The translations under genes were made by a program, and so were the position numbers. The notes under the pieces were generated by a model. The model saw only the letters and a program-made list of their open reading frames with translations, was not told the origin of the DNA and did not search any database. DNA of 64,000 nt, from assembly GCA_041697335.1 (NCBI GenBank), contig JBGUGD010000001.1, positions 32,001 to 96,000 on the forward strand, given 5' to 3'. Below, piece by piece: positions 38,271 through 48,820 of the stretch. The stretch comes from Vampirovibrionaceae bacterium NZW_1234. GTDB lineage: Bacteria > Cyanobacteriota > Vampirovibrionia > Vampirovibrionales > JAGQHJ01. The first letter of the stretch is position 1; each line of letters opens with the position of its first letter.

Positions 38271-40307
38271 ATGATTAATTTAGCGGGTAATTATTTTACA
38301 GCTAACCAGACCCAAAACAATGTTGGAAATTATTCGGCCAACCAAACGCTGAATATGGGCTTTAATTTGGGCGGTGGTACCCAAATACTGGGTGGCGTGC
38401 CTCAACCCCAAGGGGCCTTCCTGCAAGCCTACCCGCAAACTCAATTTGCTAACTTCCAGCAACCACAACCTTTCGCAATGCCCATGAATGGCTATGATCA
38501 AAATTCTACCTGGGGACAAGCCTTTGCACCCATCTATACCCCGGTGTCTGCTCCGCTGACTCCCCCTATTATGATGCCTGCTCCCACAGTGTTTTCGCAG
38601 CCACAGGTACCTTTCTTGACACCCGGAATGTCTTTCGGTTTTCCGTTCAGTATGCCTGTTCACATGCCCTACGTCATGACTCTGCCAGGTGCCTTGCTAC
38701 CCCAACCCCAAGGGCTTTCTGGGATTGCAACCTTTTTACTGGCACTGGTCGCCAAAGAATTGAAGAAACTCGGCAACACGGAAAAGCCTAAAACAGAAAG
38801 TCCCGCACCAGCGCCTGCTCCTCCAGGTGGCGATACACCCGTTGGTGGAAATCCTCCCAATACGCCATTACCGCCGGATGCAGAAGGTCCCAATGATGCC
38901 CCTGGAAACACAGGCGGTACAGATAATAATGGTGGTACCGGCAATACGGGCGGCACTGATAATAACGGTGGTACCGGCAATACGGGTGGTACTGATAATA
39001 ACGGTGGTACCGGCAATACAGGTGGTACTGATAATAACGGTGGTACCGGCAATACAGGTGGTACCAATAATAACGGTGGTGGTGGTAATACCACGCCGGT
39101 GACACCTCCTGCTCCGCCACCTGCCACTGCATCTGACTTATCCTTAACCACGGCAGTAATGCAGCGCTTTGTCTATAATGCCGACTTCAACCAGGATGGT
39201 AAAACCACTCTTGAAGAAGCACAATATGCGGTCACTCAGTTAGGTCGCGAGAACCAAGAGCATCCTAACGTGGAAACCGAGGCCGAGATGCTGGCAGGTC
39301 AGCGACTGGTTGCGAATTTCAGTTTGTTTGATAAAGCCCATGACATTAAGTATTTCAATGATCACAAGGCCCCTGGGGATCAGCCTATCCAGCAAACGGT
39401 GGATCGTAACCGTGGCGGTGTGGATAGTGCCAAGGTGAATATTATTGCAGCCTTGGATGGTCAACAGGCCAATGTCAGTGATACAGACTTTACGAATGCC
39501 AGAGCTGCATTACAAGCAATGGCAGTTCCTGGCCAAGCGTTTAGCGGTGGCATTCAAGCCAATATTTCCCAAGTGGATCTGGAAGAATTCTTCCTGCTCG
39601 CCAGCCCCGATGGTCTGGCTATCCCCAAGGATGAGGCCGAGCACACGCTAAACCTGTTGAAGCAGGCTCCTAATCCGGATGACACTGTACGGCGTCAGAT
39701 TGCTGCCGGCCAACTCATTGTGGATCAATGGGATGTATTCAGTAACGCCAATGGAGTAAGCAACCTGGTAAACGGGTCTGATGCTACTGATGCGGCTCCA
39801 GGGCAGGTGACGGTTGCCAAATTGCAGCTCATCTCTTCCTTGGATGATGATCACACCAAAGTAAGTGCGGGGGACTTTGATACCCTGGGCCTGTACAAGA
39901 ACTTGAAAAACACTGTGCCAGCTAATTTTACGCTGGATACTGAGTCGGCACTTAACGTCTTGCGTCAAGCCGGGGCACACCGCGGTCCTCAGAACGATGC
40001 CGACTTGGTTGTCACCGATCAGGACTTGATTGCCTTCCTGAATCGGACCAACCCCAATACGGCTGAAGCGGATATTGCACGAGTTCTATTGGCGAACAAA
40101 GAGATCTTTGCTCGTCAAATTGTGACCAGCCTGGCCAGCCCCATTCCGGGCAGCGCGTTGAGCACGCCGCCGGATACCCGTTCCTGGTCCTTTATGATTT
40201 CCCGCATTCGTGATGTTGCGGATAATGCCGGTGTTGCGGCTAATATTACCCAAGCCGATGTCGCTGCCAGCACCCCACTGAATCCGCAATTTATTGGTCC
40301 GGCCTAA
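38271..40307 (+). CDS. Hypothetical low-complexity protein with Gly/Thr/Asn repeats and EF-hand-like loop
   Basis: Gln/Pro/Met-rich N-terminus, repeat linker, ADFNQDGKTTLEEA. Confidence 0.7.
   Translation: MINLAGNYFTANQTQNNVGNYSANQTLNMGFNLGGGTQILGGVPQPQGAFLQAYPQTQFANFQQPQPFAMPMNGYDQNSTWGQAFAPIYTPVSAPLTPPIMMPAPTVFSQPQVPFLTPGMSFGFPFSMPVHMPYVMTLPGALLPQPQGLSGIATFLLALVAKELKKLGNTEKPKTESPAPAPAPPGGDTPVGGNPPNTPLPPDAEGPNDAPGNTGGTDNNGGTGNTGGTDNNGGTGNTGGTDNNGGTGNTGGTDNNGGTGNTGGTNNNGGGGNTTPVTPPAPPPATASDLSLTTAVMQRFVYNADFNQDGKTTLEEAQYAVTQLGRENQEHPNVETEAEMLAGQRLVANFSLFDKAHDIKYFNDHKAPGDQPIQQTVDRNRGGVDSAKVNIIAALDGQQANVSDTDFTNARAALQAMAVPGQAFSGGIQANISQVDLEEFFLLASPDGLAIPKDEAEHTLNLLKQAPNPDDTVRRQIAAGQLIVDQWDVFSNANGVSNLVNGSDATDAAPGQVTVAKLQLISSLDDDHTKVSAGDFDTLGLYKNLKNTVPANFTLDTESALNVLRQAGAHRGPQNDADLVVTDQDLIAFLNRTNPNTAEADIARVLLANKEIFARQIVTSLASPIPGSALSTPPDTRSWSFMISRIRDVADNAGVAANITQADVAASTPLNPQFIGPA
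38904..39083 (+). repeat. Five tandem 36-bp coding repeats (GNTGGTDNNGGT)
   Basis: Contiguous near-identical units GGCAATACRGGTGGTACTGATAATAACGGTGGTACC, no spacers. Confidence 0.95.
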
Positions 40308-40406
40308 TCTATCGCTAATAATAAAACAAGCCTGCTAATACTTGGTGTTTGTCCGGTACAGGCAGAATGACTCAACAACACTGGATGTGTTGCAAGAGTT
40401 GATAGA

Positions 40407-43358
40407 TTAGCCTGCGGTGCCAAGCCCAATGGCAATGCCTTCGATGCTGGAGACAATGGCTCGGTTGTAGCGCTCTAAGAGTTCCGGTGCGGCCTGGGAA
40501 TCCTGAAGTTCTCGGTACTTCTGGAGTAATCGGACCTGAATGTAATTTAAGGGATCCAAATAGGGTTCTTTGAGTTCAATGGAATTTTTTAAGGTCTGAT
40601 CCTCCGGGCGCTCCAGAAGGGTATGACCTGTTATCGCTTCAATTTGAGCCAGGGTGCGATGGTACTCGGTATCGATTCGATCCAGAATGCATTGTGCCGC
40701 ACCTGGATCTTTGGCCAGGGAGTGACAATAGTATCGAGCAATCTTGAGGTCTGTCTGGCGCAGGGCGATCTCACTGTTTTCGATGAGGCTTCTGAAAAAC
40801 GGCCATTCGTTGTACATGGTTTTTAAAATCGCAGGATGCTCAGTGGGGTTTTGCTGAACGAATGCTTCAAGCCCCGAGCCTAATCCAAACCACCCGGGAA
40901 TAATCTGGCGGGATTGAAACCACCGAAACACCCAGGGGATGGCACGCAAGTCTTTAACGGCCTGGAAATTACGTCGCCGCTGAGGACGGGAGCCAATGTT
41001 AACCAGCTCCACTTCGCGTGGGGTGACGTGTTCGAAATAGGGAATAAAGTCAGCATTGTCATGGATGAGGCTTTTATAAGCCTGGAATGACAGTTGGGAT
41101 AGGGTTTCAGCTGCTTCGATCCAGGGTGTTAGCGGAGGGGTTTCCTCTGTTATGTTCTTGGTAATGAGAGCACTGAGGACGTTTTCCAAGTGGGCTAAGG
41201 CAATATCCCGGACGTTGTAATAGCGGGACAAGACTTCACCTTGCTCGGTCAAGTCTTCCCCATACTCACAGGATTTGGGGGGAAGGGCCTTAATGGCGCG
41301 TTGTGTGGGGACGCCACCGCGACCAATATTGCCGCCGCGACCATGGAAAAATCTGAGGCGAATGCCATAGCGCTTTGCCAGGTCCAGGAGCACACGTTGC
41401 GCTTTATAGGCTTCCCAGTTGCTGCAGAAGTAACCTCCATCCTTATTACTGTCGGAGTACCCCAGCATCACAATCTGAGTATTTCCCCGGCAGGCAAGCT
41501 GACGCTGGTAGGCCTCATTGCTGAAGAGGAGTTCAAACACGGGCGCCGCATGTTGCAAATCAGGGATGGTCTCCAGAAGGGGGATCAGGTCCATTTCACT
41601 ATGATATTGACCGGCGAGGTCCCGATAGAAAAGTCCTTCGGTTTTAAGGACCAGGAGCGCGTTCAAAACGTCCTGGGCTGATGAAGTCATGGTGAGAATA
41701 AAATGTAGACATGCACCTTCGCCAATGTAGCGGTGGGCTTTACGGGTGACGGTCAGCATGCCCAGCAATCGCTGAACCACTTCTCGGTTTTCAAAGGTTG
41801 CCAGGCTGTCGGCTCGGTTTAAAAACTCCAATTGCCGAGCGCTGACCACCTTCGGGGACAATATCTCCTGGGTTAGGATGTCCAGAAGACGTGAATCGTC
41901 AGAATGATCATAGTGGGGGAGGGTAATATCCGCTGCATTCAAAATGGCCTGAGCTGCCTGGTTAATGTTTTGGGTGTCTTCCCGTAAATCGATGGAAGCG
42001 AAATGAAAGCCGAAAATCTGGACCTTTTTTCTGAGATTATCCAGGGGGCCGGTGACGGATCGGGTGTACCCATGCTGGAGATAGCTCTCAATGACAACGT
42101 CAATGTCCTGAATCAGTTGCTGACTATTCATATAGCGAAATACGGTATGGGTATGCCCGCCCAAAAGAAACTGCTGGTGAAGGGATTGTTGGAGGCGCTC
42201 AGCCATGAGAACCAGCTTGAGACGGTGCGGTTCTTTGTCGATGGAAATTTCAAAGGAGCTTGTTTCCATATCCGATGCCTGCATATCTCGAATGTCTTGC
42301 TGAATGGAGGCCAACAAGGCAGGACTGGGAGGAACCCGGTAGATAGAGTGGCTGAGCCCGGGGGCCATAGTTTGTAGATCATGAATATAGAGATTTAAAA
42401 TGGTCTCATGCTGGCGGGTTAGGGCTTCGGCAAACACATCGGGGGTGACAAAGGGGTTACCATCCATATCACCGCCAACCCAGCTGCCAAGGCTCATAAT
42501 GGGAGCATTCCGGGTCACACAACTGTCTTGATAATAAAACGAAAATAGCTGCTCCAGCTTCTCATGAAGTTCCGGCAATGTGGAATAGAGGGTTTTACTA
42601 AAATACCCCATAACCTGACGCACTTCATCTCGGACTTTGGGTTTGGTCCAGCGGCTGAAGTGGGTTGCCCATAGCACTTCAATTTTTTCGGTCAGCTGGT
42701 TCATCAGTTTTTTTTGTTGCACCGGTGTTAAATGTGGGGCATACAAGGCCTTTAAAATATCGTACAAGTCACTTTGATGTTCTAACAGCGTTTGTCTCAA
42801 AATAGTGGTGGGGTGTGCGGTTGCGACTAGGCGCACGGACAGTTTTTCCAGGATCTCCTGGAGGGTGTCGCACGAAACATCCCGTTGGGCTAAATGGCGA
42901 ATGATGTGATTTAGGCCCTGTTCTTCATGTTCAAACTGCACGCTTTGATGGTACCCCTCGGCAATGCCGGTCAGTGTTAAAAACAGGCGAAATGCCGATG
43001 CGGCATCTTCCAGACGGGATACCTGTTCCTCTAGGGGGAGATGGGCAATTTCGGACTGCAAGATATTATCGAATTCTTCGAAACCCAAGGTCCCCGACAG
43101 GCGCCGGGCTTTCTTCGAGGCTTTCCTGAGACGTTCAATCAGCTTATAAAACTCGCTACCTTGATGTTCCGACATGACTTGGCCGAGCAAGGCGCCAAAC
43201 AATCGCACATCGTCGTTCAAGGCGGTATCAGAAGTGCTGACCGGGATGGCTTCGGTTAATCGGACGTCACTGTCACCAATCATCGGCAGCGCTTGACGCA
43301 CCTGCCAATACAGCTCACGGTGACTGAGGCGTTCCGGGTTCGGCAGCGTGTGAGGCAT
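40407..43358 (-). CDS. ppc: Phosphoenolpyruvate carboxylase
   Basis: VATAHPT, SWVGGDMDGNP, VMLGYSDSNKDGG, FHGRGGNIGRGG, TEQGE, LRAIPWVF. Confidence 0.96.
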   Translation of the reverse strand: MPHTLPNPERLSHRELYWQVRQALPMIGDSDVRLTEAIPVSTSDTALNDDVRLFGALLGQVMSEHQGSEFYKLIERLRKASKKARRLSGTLGFEEFDNILQSEIAHLPLEEQVSRLEDAASAFRLFLTLTGIAEGYHQSVQFEHEEQGLNHIIRHLAQRDVSCDTLQEILEKLSVRLVATAHPTTILRQTLLEHQSDLYDILKALYAPHLTPVQQKKLMNQLTEKIEVLWATHFSRWTKPKVRDEVRQVMGYFSKTLYSTLPELHEKLEQLFSFYYQDSCVTRNAPIMSLGSWVGGDMDGNPFVTPDVFAEALTRQHETILNLYIHDLQTMAPGLSHSIYRVPPSPALLASIQQDIRDMQASDMETSSFEISIDKEPHRLKLVLMAERLQQSLHQQFLLGGHTHTVFRYMNSQQLIQDIDVVIESYLQHGYTRSVTGPLDNLRKKVQIFGFHFASIDLREDTQNINQAAQAILNAADITLPHYDHSDDSRLLDILTQEILSPKVVSARQLEFLNRADSLATFENREVVQRLLGMLTVTRKAHRYIGEGACLHFILTMTSSAQDVLNALLVLKTEGLFYRDLAGQYHSEMDLIPLLETIPDLQHAAPVFELLFSNEAYQRQLACRGNTQIVMLGYSDSNKDGGYFCSNWEAYKAQRVLLDLAKRYGIRLRFFHGRGGNIGRGGVPTQRAIKALPPKSCEYGEDLTEQGEVLSRYYNVRDIALAHLENVLSALITKNITEETPPLTPWIEAAETLSQLSFQAYKSLIHDNADFIPYFEHVTPREVELVNIGSRPQRRRNFQAVKDLRAIPWVFRWFQSRQIIPGWFGLGSGLEAFVQQNPTEHPAILKTMYNEWPFFRSLIENSEIALRQTDLKIARYYCHSLAKDPGAAQCILDRIDTEYHRTLAQIEAITGHTLLERPEDQTLKNSIELKEPYLDPLNYIQVRLLQKYRELQDSQAAPELLERYNRAIVSSIEGIAIGLGTAG

Positions 43359-43475
43359 ATTTGAAGACTTTCCTGGAGGCTATCTGTTTCCAAAGTTTGG
43401 AATTCGATTTTACCATAACGGCCAGGAAAGGTTATAGGTGTTTACGGGGTAAATGGATTTCTGCAGGCTGAACTG

Positions 43476-44486
43476 CTACTGATTGGGCTTAAATGTTTCA
43501 ATCAGCAAGGCAAAAGCGCTGGCTGAGATTCCTGTTTTGCCCTGGCTGTTATCTGAAAATTGTTGGTGATATTCTCCTGATTGCCCTGCATTGTTGATAC
43601 GGGTATAGGCATTTTTTAGCTCATTTTCTTTTTGCTTTAGCTCACGCATAAATTGTTGGCGTTGCACATTAGTTAGTGGAGGTTGCAGCAAATTTCCATT
43701 CTCAAGCAGATCCTTAATGGTCTCAATGCGGGTTGCTATTTTAAGCAAGCTGTCATATTCAGGAAGTTTTGCGGCTTTGATAGCAGGTTTATTTACACCA
43801 GCAGGTGCCATCGGTTGTTCCACAGGCTTTGCTGCAGGCTTGGCTGGGTTTTGCTTTTCGAGCTTTTTGAGTTCATCTTGTGCCATTTTTTTGACGGCTT
43901 CAGCATCTTTCTTCATTGTATCGGCGCCTGGAAAGAGAGGGGGGCCACCCGGCTTCGCTGGAGGCTTTGGTATCGCTGCAAGACCTGTGTCTATTGCGGT
44001 AATGAGGGCTTTTAGCTCCTCTGGCGTCTTTCCTTTAAAAAAATCTTTGGGGGCTTTGCCATCAATAGTTAAGCTTACAAGGTTACCATTGGCATATTGT
44101 GATTGAATATTGACCCCAAACATTGCCCCCACGCCGAAGACAATTGGAGGTCTGTACGTAGGTGTTTCTGGTTTTTTCTGTAGGGAAGGACTCACTGGAG
44201 GTGCATCGCTATTGGGCTGCGCTGCTGGAGGGGCCGGAGCTGGAGACAAAGTTTCAGTGTCTGGAGTGTCTTGTGCAGCAAGTTGTTCAATTGCTGATGA
44301 GGGTTCCTGAGTTTTCGTTTCAACTTTGAGGAGGTCCTCCGCTAAATCGACTTGATCCGTTTCTGTTGGGCTGGTAATGGTCAGAAAGGTTAGTGTCGTT
44401 GGATCCAAGTCTCTCGTGGTGGGTTCAGTAACTTCGGAAGGCATTATGAGGGGAATAGTGAGTTTGTTCGGCTCAATTGGGGGCAT
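43476..44486 (-). CDS. Hypothetical Pro/Ala/Lys/Thr-rich protein
   Basis: Long ORF; GAGGAG RBS before ATG 44486 (MPPIEPNK). Confidence 0.65.
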   Translation of the reverse strand: MPPIEPNKLTIPLIMPSEVTEPTTRDLDPTTLTFLTITSPTETDQVDLAEDLLKVETKTQEPSSAIEQLAAQDTPDTETLSPAPAPPAAQPNSDAPPVSPSLQKKPETPTYRPPIVFGVGAMFGVNIQSQYANGNLVSLTIDGKAPKDFFKGKTPEELKALITAIDTGLAAIPKPPAKPGGPPLFPGADTMKKDAEAVKKMAQDELKKLEKQNPAKPAAKPVEQPMAPAGVNKPAIKAAKLPEYDSLLKIATRIETIKDLLENGNLLQPPLTNVQRQQFMRELKQKENELKNAYTRINNAGQSGEYHQQFSDNSQGKTGISASAFALLIETFKPNQ

Positions 44487-44529
44487 GCGGTACTCCTCAA
44501 AGTCTGTGCCAGGAAAATGGTGTATTTTT

Positions 44530-44556
44530 TTATCGACCGAGTGAACCATCTCTTTA
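44530..44556 (-). promoter_or_regulatory. Sigma-28 (FliA)-type promoter
   Basis: TAAA-N15-GTCGATAA versus consensus TAAA-N15-GCCGATAA. Confidence 0.65.
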
Positions 44557-44628
44557 GATGAAAAGTCACCCTTTCGCAAAAGATCTGTCAGGGCTGCTTT
44601 ATGAAAATTTTAAGTATATTTTATTCTT

Positions 44629-45105
44629 CTAAGAGAATGAATTACCCTGGCGCAAGGCTTTAAAAAATGTGTCTAGTTGAGTTTGGCAGGGTTTTTCCAA
44701 TATGCCTCCGATGACGGTGGCATGAGCGCCGAAGAAGGTGTTTAAATTCAAGGCACTGCCCAAGGCTCCCTGTAAGGGATCCGAGGCGCCAAAAATGACG
44801 GTTTTGATTCTGGCCTGGAGCATGGCGGTGGCGCACATGGGACAGGGTTCCAGGGTTACCACGAGTGTACAGTCCGAGAGGCGCCAGTTTTGAAGATGTC
44901 GACAAGCAGATTGAATGGCCATTATTTCGGCATGGCCTAGTGGATCCGAATTCTCTTCGCGGGTGTTCCAGCCTTCGCCAATGACCTGGCCTTGAGGGTT
45001 GAGAACCAGGGCGCCGACAGGCACATCTTTTGGCAGCGCTTTTTGGGCAAGCCCTAAAGCGGTTTGCATCCAAATCTCGTATGTTTGATGGGAATTTTCC
45101 GACAT
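44629..45105 (-). CDS. tadA: tRNA adenosine(34) deaminase
   Basis: DVPVGALV, GHAEIMAI, VTLEPCPMCA, FFKALR. Confidence 0.9.
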   Translation of the reverse strand: MSENSHQTYEIWMQTALGLAQKALPKDVPVGALVLNPQGQVIGEGWNTREENSDPLGHAEIMAIQSACRHLQNWRLSDCTLVVTLEPCPMCATAMLQARIKTVIFGASDPLQGALGSALNLNTFFGAHATVIGGILEKPCQTQLDTFFKALRQGNSFS

Positions 45106-45217
45106 AAGGCCTCTTTGGGTCAGACTTCCTTTGTCTAGGGGATTGGGGACGTTGCATCCATGACTAAAATAATTACCATATCTCTACCAACCGACAAAGT
45201 ATTGAGGAGAAGACGGC

Positions 45218-45496
45218 ATGACATTTTTGGCTGCCTTGAAGGCGCTGATTGAAGGACTGGTGACCTCTGCAAAACAGGAAAAGCCGATTGGGCTGAAAAC
45301 CGTATCCGAATTGATGAACTACTCGAATGACGAGCTGTTGAATCAGTTGGCTCAACCGATTGCATCTTCTCAGAAGTTTAAGTTGGAAATTCGCTCGAAG
45401 AATCTGCATAAAACGGCTCCGGCCTTTGTGCACTTGCCTAAGCCCGGCTATGCCCGCTTTGATGCAACCCAACGAACCTTTATTTCCAAACCGTAA
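45218..45496 (+). CDS. Hypothetical protein, 92 aa
   Basis: GAGGAG RBS; fills the tadA-rel gap. Confidence 0.6.
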   Translation: MTFLAALKALIEGLVTSAKQEKPIGLKTVSELMNYSNDELLNQLAQPIASSQKFKLEIRSKNLHKTAPAFVHLPKPGYARFDATQRTFISKP

Positions 45497-45614
45497 CCAG
45501 ACCGTTACATGAATCCGTTGCGGAACTTGCCAAGCTTGGCCTTGTCCTTTACCTTGGAAATCCAGGTCATTTCGGTAGATGATATCGGATTAGATGGGGT
45601 AAAATGAGTGAGTG

Positions 45615-47828
45615 ATGTCTGACTCGGTTCCCATGGAAGAAAAACTGTTTAACGACCTCGCTGTATTGCTTCGTGAGCAGGGGCGATCGGAGGAGGACGT
45701 TCAGTTGGCGCGAAAAGCCTTTGAATACGCTGCGCAGAAGCACGACGGTCAACTGCGAAAAAGCCAGGAGAAATACATCGTTCACCCGGTTCAGGTGGCC
45801 ACCATGCTGGCCCGGATTCCGGTGGATACGCCAACTGTATGTGCGGCTATTTTACATGATGTCCTTGAAGATACGGATGGCACCAGTGACGAGATCAAGG
45901 CCATGTTTGGCTTGGATGTGCTTCATATTGTCGAAGGTGTCACGAAGCTGGGGAAATTTCATTTTGAATCGGCCGAACAGCGCAATGCCGAAAACTTCCG
46001 CAAGATGTTTTTGGCCATGGCCAATGATGTTCGGGTAGTGTTGCTGAAGCTCGCAGATCGCTTGCATAATATGCAGACGCTAGAGTTTATGAAGCCTGAA
46101 AAGCAGCGTAAAATTGCTCGAGAGACCCTGGAAGTCTTTGCGCCCCTGGCCAACCGCATGGGAATGGGAAAGTGGCGAGCCGAGCTGGAAGATTTGTCGT
46201 TTAAATACCTCGATCCAGAGGAATATCAGTTGCTCATCGATCAGGTGGCCGGTTCCATGCGGGACTGGGAACACAGTATCGAGGATATGCAGGCTAAGTT
46301 AAGTGATTCACTCAAACAACTCAATATTGATGCCCGGATCTACGGTCGAGTCAAAAACTATTTCAGTATCTACAAGAAAATGAAGGCCCATAACAAGGAA
46401 ATTCAAGACGTATACGACTTGGGTGCTCTGCGTGTCATTGTGGAATCGGAAAAAGAATGTTATGAGACCCTGGGGGTGGTTCATAGCAGTTATAAACCTA
46501 TCCCGGGACGATTCAAAGATTATATTGCCATGCCCAAGAGCAATTTGTACCGTTCATTGCACACCACGGTTATTGGGCCTGTCGGGAGACCGTTGGAAGT
46601 TCAGATTCGGACTCAGGAAATGCACCGGGTAGCCGAGTACGGGATTGCGGCTCACTGGCGATATAAAGAAGCCGGTGAAAGTACTTCGGCGGCCAGTATC
46701 GAAGAACAAAAACTTTCGTGGCTGAAGCAGATGCTGGAATTGAAAGATGAATCCAGCGATGCTCAGGAGTATGTGGACAACGTCAAGCTGGACTTGTTCC
46801 GCGATGAGGTCTTTGTCTTTACCCCGCGGGGCGATGTCTTTGATTTACCTCAAGGAGCCACACCTGTCGATTTTGCATACCGGGTGCATACCCAGGTGGG
46901 GAATACCTGTACGGGTTCCCTGGTCAATGGCAAAATTGTCCCCTTGGACTATCAACTGAGAAATGGGGATATTGTTGAGATTTCCACCAGCAAAAAAGCC
47001 ACGCCTCGCCTGGATTGGATTAAGTTTGTACAGACCCCCCATGCCAGAACCTGTATCCGTCAATGGTTTAAGAAAAACTTCCGGGAAGATCATATCGAAC
47101 AGGGACGAATGCTCCTTGAAGCCGAACTGACGCGGGCGGCTGTGGATGAGTTTATGAAAAACGGCAAAATGGCCGAAGTGGCTCAGCAGTTGAATTATGT
47201 GAAAGTCGACGATATGTTCCTGGCTTTGGGGTACGGGGAATTGTCGTTGCCCCGGATCCTCAACAGGCTGAAAAAAGACAAAGAAGAAAAGCCTGAGCCT
47301 ACGCTCGAGTCGCTCGCGACCAATCCCAATCTGTATCAAAAACGCAAGCGCCAGAACCGAGAGGAAATTGAAGGGCTTCAAGGAATGCTCTATCACTTGG
47401 CCAAGTGCTGCTCACCCTTGCCGGGGGATACTATTCTGGGTGTCGTGACGCGTTCTCGTGGGGTTATGATTCATCGTGATGACTGTGTGAATCTGTCTCA
47501 TGTCAGTGAAAACCGGGTTCTAGATGTCTCTTGGACGAATGGCAACGCGATGGAGCAGAAGAAGAGCCTTCACTCCATTCGCCTTGAGGTTCACGTCATT
47601 GACCGGCTTGGCATTTTCAAGGATGTTCTGGCCCGCATTGCAGATATCAATACCAACGTTTCCAACGCCAGAGTGAAGATGTTGGCCAATAACACTGCAC
47701 TTATCGAGGTGACGGTTGACATTGCCGATTTGGATCATCTGGAAAAAGTGAAAAGAGTGATTGCCAAGTTGAGTGATGTAATTTCCGTAACCCGGTCTCA
47801 GGTTCGTCCCTTGAAAAAGAAAAGCTAA
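45615..47828 (+). CDS. rel: Bifunctional (p)ppGpp synthetase/hydrolase (long RSH)
   Basis: ILHDVLEDT, KLADRLHNM, GRFKDYIAMPK, EVQIRT, TGS VFVFTPRG, LAKCCSPLPGD, ACT domain. Confidence 0.96.
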   Translation: MSDSVPMEEKLFNDLAVLLREQGRSEEDVQLARKAFEYAAQKHDGQLRKSQEKYIVHPVQVATMLARIPVDTPTVCAAILHDVLEDTDGTSDEIKAMFGLDVLHIVEGVTKLGKFHFESAEQRNAENFRKMFLAMANDVRVVLLKLADRLHNMQTLEFMKPEKQRKIARETLEVFAPLANRMGMGKWRAELEDLSFKYLDPEEYQLLIDQVAGSMRDWEHSIEDMQAKLSDSLKQLNIDARIYGRVKNYFSIYKKMKAHNKEIQDVYDLGALRVIVESEKECYETLGVVHSSYKPIPGRFKDYIAMPKSNLYRSLHTTVIGPVGRPLEVQIRTQEMHRVAEYGIAAHWRYKEAGESTSAASIEEQKLSWLKQMLELKDESSDAQEYVDNVKLDLFRDEVFVFTPRGDVFDLPQGATPVDFAYRVHTQVGNTCTGSLVNGKIVPLDYQLRNGDIVEISTSKKATPRLDWIKFVQTPHARTCIRQWFKKNFREDHIEQGRMLLEAELTRAAVDEFMKNGKMAEVAQQLNYVKVDDMFLALGYGELSLPRILNRLKKDKEEKPEPTLESLATNPNLYQKRKRQNREEIEGLQGMLYHLAKCCSPLPGDTILGVVTRSRGVMIHRDDCVNLSHVSENRVLDVSWTNGNAMEQKKSLHSIRLEVHVIDRLGIFKDVLARIADINTNVSNARVKMLANNTALIEVTVDIADLDHLEKVKRVIAKLSDVISVTRSQVRPLKKKS

Positions 47829-47979
47829 GGGTGTTCGCATCGGTTATCTTGGGTGGTTGACGGGTTACCCCGGCCGGAAAGATTTCGTATAATGAAGCTA
47901 CTGTAGAGGGCTGGGCTCGTCATATCAGGCCTGCCTGAGCATTTGCACCGGTGTGATAATAAAGCAGAGATGGGTGGCT

Positions 47980-48783
47980 ATGAACATATTGGATTCCATC
48001 ATTTTGGGAATTGTTGAGGGCGTAACAGAGTTTTTACCAATCTCGTCCACAGGGCATATGATTCTGACCAGTCACCTGATGCACTTGAACGATCAATTTG
48101 TGGATACCTTTGAGGTCGTGATTCAGTTGGGCGCCATTCTGGCCGTGGTTGTCTTGTACGCCTCCCGCTTTAAAATGCTGCTGAAGCCCAGTGAAGACCA
48201 TGCTTTTTCGGGTCTTAGAGGTTTATTGCTCCTGATGGTAACCAGTTTTCCTGCCGCATTCTTGGGTCTGGTGTTGCACAAGAAAATTGAAACGTATTTG
48301 TTTGGTCCGGGGCCCGTGTTGGCCGCCTTGGTTGTAGGGGCGGTAGCTATTATTCTGGTTGAACGCCAAGTTTTTCGTCATTCGGTTCGCTCGCTGGATG
48401 ATATTGGGTTTAAGCAGGCCCTGATGATTGGCTGTTTTCAATGCTTTGCACTTTGGCCCGGGATGTCTCGGTCCGCTTCAACCATTATTGGCGGCTTATT
48501 TTCCGGTTTGGAGCGTAATGTCGCGGCTGAATACTCGTTTATTGCGGCGGTTCCCATTATGGTAATGGCGACAGGGTATTCACTTGTAAAATCACTGGAT
48601 CTGTTACAGGGATACAACTTAATGGTCTTGGCCGTCGGGTTTGTGACCGCCTTTGTTTCCGCCATTTTGGCCATCAAGTTCTTCATCCGCCTCTTGCAAC
48701 GGTGGACCTTGGTGCCCTTTGGTATTTATCGCATTGGGCTGGCTATCGTCATGTTCTTCGTATTTCAAGCCACCGGTTGGTAG
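47980..48783 (+). CDS. uppP: Undecaprenyl-diphosphate phosphatase
   Basis: LGIVEGVTEFLPISSTGH, IQLGAILAV, PGMSRSASTI. Confidence 0.96.
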   Translation: MNILDSIILGIVEGVTEFLPISSTGHMILTSHLMHLNDQFVDTFEVVIQLGAILAVVVLYASRFKMLLKPSEDHAFSGLRGLLLLMVTSFPAAFLGLVLHKKIETYLFGPGPVLAALVVGAVAIILVERQVFRHSVRSLDDIGFKQALMIGCFQCFALWPGMSRSASTIIGGLFSGLERNVAAEYSFIAAVPIMVMATGYSLVKSLDLLQGYNLMVLAVGFVTAFVSAILAIKFFIRLLQRWTLVPFGIYRIGLAIVMFFVFQATGW

Positions 48784-48820
48784 TCGCCCTCCAAGGAGGA
48801 TGCTAAAGCCGTATTTGGAT

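Noticed and set aside
38904..39083. 36-bp repeats as a CRISPR array
   Set aside because: Units are contiguous with no spacers, in frame within a CDS and vary at synonymous positions; no cas genes in the window
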